From a virus: 64,000 nucleotides of DNA. Both the position numbers and the translations under genes were made by a program. The notes below the pieces were generated by a model. It did not search any database. It worked only from the letters and a program-made list of their open reading frames with translations, and was not told where the DNA came from. The DNA lies in the IMG/VR virus record IMGVR_UViG_3300020463_003399, positions 1 through 64,000 of that record; one strand, given 5' to 3'. Each line of letters opens with the position of its first letter. Within the stretch, counting starts at the first letter, position 1. Below are positions 59,305-64,000 of the stretch, piece after piece.

Positions 59305-59892
59305 ATGAAAGTACAAACAGATATTGATATTGATGTTGTCGATAGAGATAGTGTGCTAACACATTTTCGACACATAAATGCAAGTATTAAAAAAGGAAAA
59401 GAATATACAAAACATAACAGTGGTGTATATCTTCAACCTATTCCTTTTGATCCTATTTCTGAATTAGCAACTATAGAATACAAAGAGGCAGAAGAAAGAG
59501 GATATTTTAAATTAGATTTTCTCAATAATACTTTGTATGAAGGTATCAAAGATGAAAAGCATTTAGATGAATTAATTGCAAGAGAACCTATCTGGGATTT
59601 ATTGCAACACGAAGATGTGATTAAAAATCTAGTGCATGTACACAATCACTTAAATGTCTTACAAGTAATGAAACCTAAAAGTGTTGAAGAATTAGCAGAA
59701 GTTCTAGCAGTGATTAGACCTGCTAAAAGACATTTACTTAATGAAAGTAAAGAAAAGATTAGTAGTGAAGTGTGGGTAAAACCCGATGATGGATCTTACT
59801 ATTTCAAAAAAGCACATGCTATTGCATATGCATTAAGTATTGTAGTTCAGCTTAATCTATTTTGCGAACAAGTTGAACAGAACGCCTCTTAA
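59305..59892 (+). CDS. miniature DnaE (family C DNA polymerase alpha)-like protein
   Basis: DIDID, KHNSGVY, YFKLDFL, KPKSVEELAEVLAVIRP, YFKKAHAIAYA in DnaE order. Confidence 0.8.
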   Translation: MKVQTDIDIDVVDRDSVLTHFRHINASIKKGKEYTKHNSGVYLQPIPFDPISELATIEYKEAEERGYFKLDFLNNTLYEGIKDEKHLDELIAREPIWDLLQHEDVIKNLVHVHNHLNVLQVMKPKSVEELAEVLAVIRPAKRHLLNESKEKISSEVWVKPDDGSYYFKKAHAIAYALSIVVQLNLFCEQVEQNAS

Positions 59893-60256
59893 TACGTTTC
59901 TTAATAATATTAGATAGACTTGTTTCAGGACCCCATAGTACTTGGGTGTCTTTTGAATTCATATTAAGTATCCAATTTCTATATAAACTTATCTGACTGC
60001 CTAAGAATAAATTGATAGGCATAAGTCTATTTGATTCCCACCACCATTGTTCACCTAACTCAATGAACTTTTTTCTTAACTTAGGTGATGGTATTTCTTC
60101 AAAGTTATACATTGAAGTTATCACTTGGTCAGAATTTATTATTATACCTAGATACTCTTTATACTCTTTCTTATTACCGTACCTGACATACGAAAAGAAA
60201 GGATAATTTTCTTGCATCCATTTGACTTTATCTTGCTCCATCGTTATATTTAGCAT
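59852..60256 (-). CDS. hypothetical protein (probable start 60241)
   Basis: ENYPFFS, LGEQWWWESNRLMPINLFL. Confidence 0.6.
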   Translation of the reverse strand: MLNITMEQDKVKWMQENYPFFSYVRYGNKKEYKEYLGIIINSDQVITSMYNFEEIPSPKLRKKFIELGEQWWWESNRLMPINLFLGSQISLYRNWILNMNSKDTQVLWGPETSLSNIIKKRIKRRSVQLVRKID

Positions 60257-60292
60257 GGTTAGGAAAGTGGTCTCTGGGAGATAAATACATAT

Positions 60293-61093
60293 ATGATAAA
60301 CGTCAATATGTATCAGTATGAAAGAGATATTGAAATTGCTTGTTTAGATGGTGACAATACAAGCACTATGACAAACTACCTGGGGAATATGCCAATGTAC
60401 GATGTAACACACAAACTTCATAAGGGTATTGATAATACTCTTAGATTTAAATTAAAAGATACAGATAGAAAACCTATCGATTTAACTAACAAAACTATTA
60501 TATGGAAAATGTATGATAGGGAATCAAGAGAAAATGTACTATTCAAATACCTTACTGTCACCAACGGAACCAAAGGTATGGCATCTTTAGTAGTTCCAAC
60601 AACTGATACAATCATGCTTTCTCAGGGCTTTTATCAATTTGCAATGTATACAGTAGAAAATGGTGTAGAACAAATCATCTATACAGACACAAATGACAAC
60701 GCAAAGGGATCGATTGAATTAATTGACGATGTTTATCCAGAATTCGAACCATCACAAGAGTCAACTTCATTCTTTGATGATGGTAATTACTTTATATCTA
60801 CTGCTTTTGATGGCTCAGGCAAGACATCAAAATCAAAATCAATACATACTTTAGCATTATACTTTGATGGTTTTACAGGTACAGTAGAAATACAAGGTGA
60901 TTTAAGTGAACAACCAAGTAGTACTCATGACGATTGGTTCTTGATATCACCAAAACTATTTTCAAATCCATCGATTACTATCAATAACGAAACAGGCGTA
61001 CAAGCATTTGTACTTGAAGCAAACGTAAATTGGATAAGAGTTCGATATACTGCGACAGCCGGAACAATTAAAAAAGTACTTTTAAGAAACTAA
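60293..61093 (+). CDS. virion structural protein (Ig-like/BppU-like N-terminus)
   Basis: GATAAATA at 60280; KGIDNTLRF..DRKPIDLT motif; beta-rich. Confidence 0.55.
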   Translation: MINVNMYQYERDIEIACLDGDNTSTMTNYLGNMPMYDVTHKLHKGIDNTLRFKLKDTDRKPIDLTNKTIIWKMYDRESRENVLFKYLTVTNGTKGMASLVVPTTDTIMLSQGFYQFAMYTVENGVEQIIYTDTNDNAKGSIELIDDVYPEFEPSQESTSFFDDGNYFISTAFDGSGKTSKSKSIHTLALYFDGFTGTVEIQGDLSEQPSSTHDDWFLISPKLFSNPSITINNETGVQAFVLEANVNWIRVRYTATAGTIKKVLLRN

Positions 61094-61133
61094 TTCGCTT
61101 GACTTCCTGGTCCTAGTTTGCTATTATACTAGT

Positions 61134-62135
61134 ATGGACCTTCAGCAAAAAATATATCAGCATATACCTGGTAAGAATAGACAATCAAGTGGTGGTTGGC
61201 TTAGTTTCAACTGCCCTTGTTGTGTCGAGGAAGGCGAATCTCGACTAGATAATAGAATGCGTGGGGGTGTTCGAAGTGACGGTGACTCCATATCATACCA
61301 CTGTTTTAACTGTGGATTCACTGCAAGTCATCGAAATGGCAGAATACTTAACAAGAAGTTTATAAAACTCATGCGTAATCTTAACATTTCTGAAAGTGAT
61401 ATAAAACGTTTACAGTTGGAAGCTATCCGTCAGAAAGAGTTATCTGAAGGTCCATACCTTTTTGCAAACAAAGTAAAGCAAATAAGAATACCAAAGTTTC
61501 AAGAAACTGAGTTGCCAGAAAACTCAGAAAAATTAGAAGTTCTTTTAGCACAAGACAATCCTTCAGAAGGTGCCATCTTTGCAGTTAAGTATTTGATTGA
61601 TAGAGGTGTCTATGACCACATAGATAATGTCTATTGGTCTTCACATATGAATTTCAAAAACAGAGTTATATTTCCGTTTATTCAAGGAGATGATATAGTT
61701 GGTTACACTGCACGTGATATAACTGGCAAGTCTTCTTCAAAATATATTACAAAATCTCCTAAAGCATTTTTGCACAACACAGACAAAATAAAAAGCAAGA
61801 CTAAATATCTTATAGTATGTGAAGGCATTATAGATGCGTTAGCATTAGATTGTGTGGCTATCACAAGTAACGAAGCCTCACAAGACCAAATTGATTATAT
61901 CAATCAGTTTAGAGGCGAAGTGATTGTTTGTCCTGATAGGGATAAAGCAGGAGAGAAACTAATCAAACAAGCCCAGGAAAATGGCTGGAGTGTATCTTTT
62001 CCTATGTGGGAAGATGATATCAAAGATGCCGCTGATGCAATACAACGATATGGAAAGTTGTATACTTTAAAGAGTATCATAGATGCACGTATTAGCAACA
62101 ACACTAAAATAAGTGTGAAAATGAGAATAGGATAA
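61134..62135 (+). CDS. DNA primase (T4 gp61-like)
   Basis: Zn finger CPCC...HCFNC, TOPRIM EGIIDAL and PDRDKAG. Confidence 0.88.
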   Translation: MDLQQKIYQHIPGKNRQSSGGWLSFNCPCCVEEGESRLDNRMRGGVRSDGDSISYHCFNCGFTASHRNGRILNKKFIKLMRNLNISESDIKRLQLEAIRQKELSEGPYLFANKVKQIRIPKFQETELPENSEKLEVLLAQDNPSEGAIFAVKYLIDRGVYDHIDNVYWSSHMNFKNRVIFPFIQGDDIVGYTARDITGKSSSKYITKSPKAFLHNTDKIKSKTKYLIVCEGIIDALALDCVAITSNEASQDQIDYINQFRGEVIVCPDRDKAGEKLIKQAQENGWSVSFPMWEDDIKDAADAIQRYGKLYTLKSIIDARISNNTKISVKMRIG

Positions 62136-62138
62136 AAA

Positions 62139-62777
62139 ATGAAAAAGAAAATGACGATTATTCCAGAGCCAAAAGAACAACCAAAACCAACTCCACCACC
62201 TCCAATGCCTCAACCGCCTGCTCCTCCAAAACTACCGGGAGAATACAGTAAAGACAATGGTGTTCTGTTTATGGACAAAGAGTTTAATCAAGAAAACTGC
62301 ATGCCTTTGGTAAAAATGATTATTGAATATAATCTTATGCCAAAAGATAAAGCACCAAATACAATTCATCTGTATATTAATTCTCCAGGAGGGTTAGTAG
62401 ATAGTTGTATGCATTTAATCGATACAATCAAGCAATCAAGAATTCCAGTTCATACATATGGTATGGGATCAATCGCTAGTTGTGGCGTCATGCTTATGAT
62501 GTCTGGTGTAAAAGGTCATAGATATCTTACACACAATACTGCGGTCATGTCACACGAATTCAGTGGTGGGCAAAAAGGTCAGTATCATGATATGCTAGAT
62601 AGTAAAAAGCATATGGATTGGACTAACGAAAAGCTATTAGAACATTATATCAAATGTACAGGTAAAACAAAAACTTACATTCGTAAGCATTTACTAGCAC
62701 CAAAGACGGATCATTGGTTAACACCAGAAGAAGCGGTCAAACATGGTATCGCTGATAAAGTAATTAAGACTTATTAG
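62139..62777 (+). CDS. clpP: ClpP-family protease
   Basis: YINSPGG, catalytic IASCG, MSHE, TDHWL; Pro-rich N-terminus. Confidence 0.88.
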   Translation: MKKKMTIIPEPKEQPKPTPPPPMPQPPAPPKLPGEYSKDNGVLFMDKEFNQENCMPLVKMIIEYNLMPKDKAPNTIHLYINSPGGLVDSCMHLIDTIKQSRIPVHTYGMGSIASCGVMLMMSGVKGHRYLTHNTAVMSHEFSGGQKGQYHDMLDSKKHMDWTNEKLLEHYIKCTGKTKTYIRKHLLAPKTDHWLTPEEAVKHGIADKVIKTY

Positions 62778-62860
62778 ACCTTTTTTCAAATTTATCATTG
62801 ACAATCGACAATAAATTTGCTATTCTAGTAGTATTAAACTAGTTCAGAGGTGTAAAGTGT

Positions 62861-63829
62861 ATGAAAATTATATCTGGTAACAGTAATAGAGAATTGGCTC
62901 AATCTATTGCTGAACATTGTTTCAGTGATTTAGTGCCGGCTAACATTACTACATTCGCAGATGGCGAGTGTAACATAGAATTTCAAGAAAACATTAGAGG
63001 TGAAGATGTTTTTATAATTCAAAGTACAAGTAGTCCAGTAAATGATAATCTAATGGAACTTATGATTATGATTGATGCGGCAAAACGTAGTTCAGCAAAA
63101 AGAATTACGGCAGTTATTCCTTACTTTGGATATGCAAGACAAGACAGAAAGAGTGCATCACGTACTCCTATCTCTGCAAAACTTGTCGCTAACTTAATTA
63201 CTAAAGCAGGTGCTGATAGAATTTTAACTATGGACTTACATGCTGGTCAAATTCAGGGCTTCTTTGATATTCCCGTAGATGATTTAACGAGCAGGTTGGT
63301 CTTTGTCAAAGATATCAAAAAGACTATTGGTGTCATTGACGATCCAGCAGTAAATCAAGTAGAAACAGTATTCGTTTCACCAGATGCTGGTGGTACAGTA
63401 AGAGCAAGAAAATTTGCTGATATGTTTCATGCCAATTATGCTATCGTTGACAAACGTAGACCTGAGGCAGGAAAAAGCGAAGTAATGAATCTTATAGGTG
63501 ATGTTAAAGGAAAACATGCAATTCTTGTAGATGATATAATTGATAGTGGTGGAACTTTATGTAATGCCGCCAAAGCAATTATGGATCAAGGTGCAATGAG
63601 TGTTAGAGCATATATTACACATGGTGTTTTAACAAATGGTGCTTGTAAGAAAATTGAAAAGAGTGTGTTGGATGAATGCATTATCACAGACAGTATAAAA
63701 TTTAATTGTCCTGATGGTTGCAAAAAGACACGTGTAGTTAGTGTATGTAGTTTATTTGGCGAAGCTATACGTAGAGTAAGTAATGAGGAAAGTGTAAGTA
63801 GTTTGTTTACACATAAAGTTCCTAATTAA
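62861..63829 (+). CDS. prs: ribose-phosphate pyrophosphokinase
   Basis: [39 protein letters not shown]. Confidence 0.96.
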   Translation: MKIISGNSNRELAQSIAEHCFSDLVPANITTFADGECNIEFQENIRGEDVFIIQSTSSPVNDNLMELMIMIDAAKRSSAKRITAVIPYFGYARQDRKSASRTPISAKLVANLITKAGADRILTMDLHAGQIQGFFDIPVDDLTSRLVFVKDIKKTIGVIDDPAVNQVETVFVSPDAGGTVRARKFADMFHANYAIVDKRRPEAGKSEVMNLIGDVKGKHAILVDDIIDSGGTLCNAAKAIMDQGAMSVRAYITHGVLTNGACKKIEKSVLDECIITDSIKFNCPDGCKKTRVVSVCSLFGEAIRRVSNEESVSSLFTHKVPN

Positions 63830-63843
63830 TAGTAAGGGGTAAA

Positions 63844-64000
63844 ATGATTAGAGAGACAGATTGGTCTAAGAAATTACATTGGACAACAACAGTAAGTGAA
63901 AAATTATTATTAGGTGTCGTAGGTACACTAACGATGGTTGCGGCTGGGTTAGACATTTACGATATGATAATAGTAAAATTCAAAATTGAACTAGCAGATT
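63844..64000 (+). CDS. PsiE-like membrane protein (partial, runs off window)
   Basis: MIRETDW...EKLLLGVVGTLTMVAAGLDIYDMIIVKFKIELAD; TM helix followed by IELAD. Confidence 0.45.
   Translation, partial: MIRETDWSKKLHWTTTVSEKLLLGVVGTLTMVAAGLDIYDMIIVKFKIELAD

Noticed and set aside
1-64000. Stop-codon reassignment
   Set aside because: Core genes are full length in the standard code, and TAA, TAG and TGA all act as stops

Overview
AT-rich, gene-dense 64 kb segment of a large T4-related myovirus, probably aquatic; an alphaproteobacterial host is a weak inference. It contains the head module (portal, core, protease, scaffold, major capsid), fibres, neck, sheath, tube and terminase. Replication and recombination genes include gp32 SSB, UvsX/Y/W, primase and an Hjc-like resolvase. 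Nucleotide and auxiliary genes include NrdAB, dNMP kinase, Prs, a PRTase, Nudix, QueD, DUF59/SufT, ClpP, 2OG-Fe oxygenases, a radical SAM enzyme and a desaturase, plus one tRNA-Arg(ACG). Two promoter classes are visible: sigma70-type and T4-late-like (G/T)ATAAATA. The main signals the ORF track does not explain are: (1) a ~450-500 nt highly structured non-coding element on the minus strand at ~2260-2750, with G-U-containing helices, GNRA loops and two adjacent pseudoknot pairings, flanked by CTAATA repeats that recur in the gp32 leader; (2) a canonical -1 frameshift signal (A AAT TTT plus hairpin) that extends the gp26-like gene directly upstream of that element; (3) a promoter-driven ~105 nt sRNA with an anti-Shine-Dalgarno loop, followed by an unannotated SutA-like ORF; (4) a 195-aa DnaE-like protein keeping all three catalytic aspartates; (5) apparent avoidance of GCWGC. 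All family calls come from motif recognition by eye; no searches were run.
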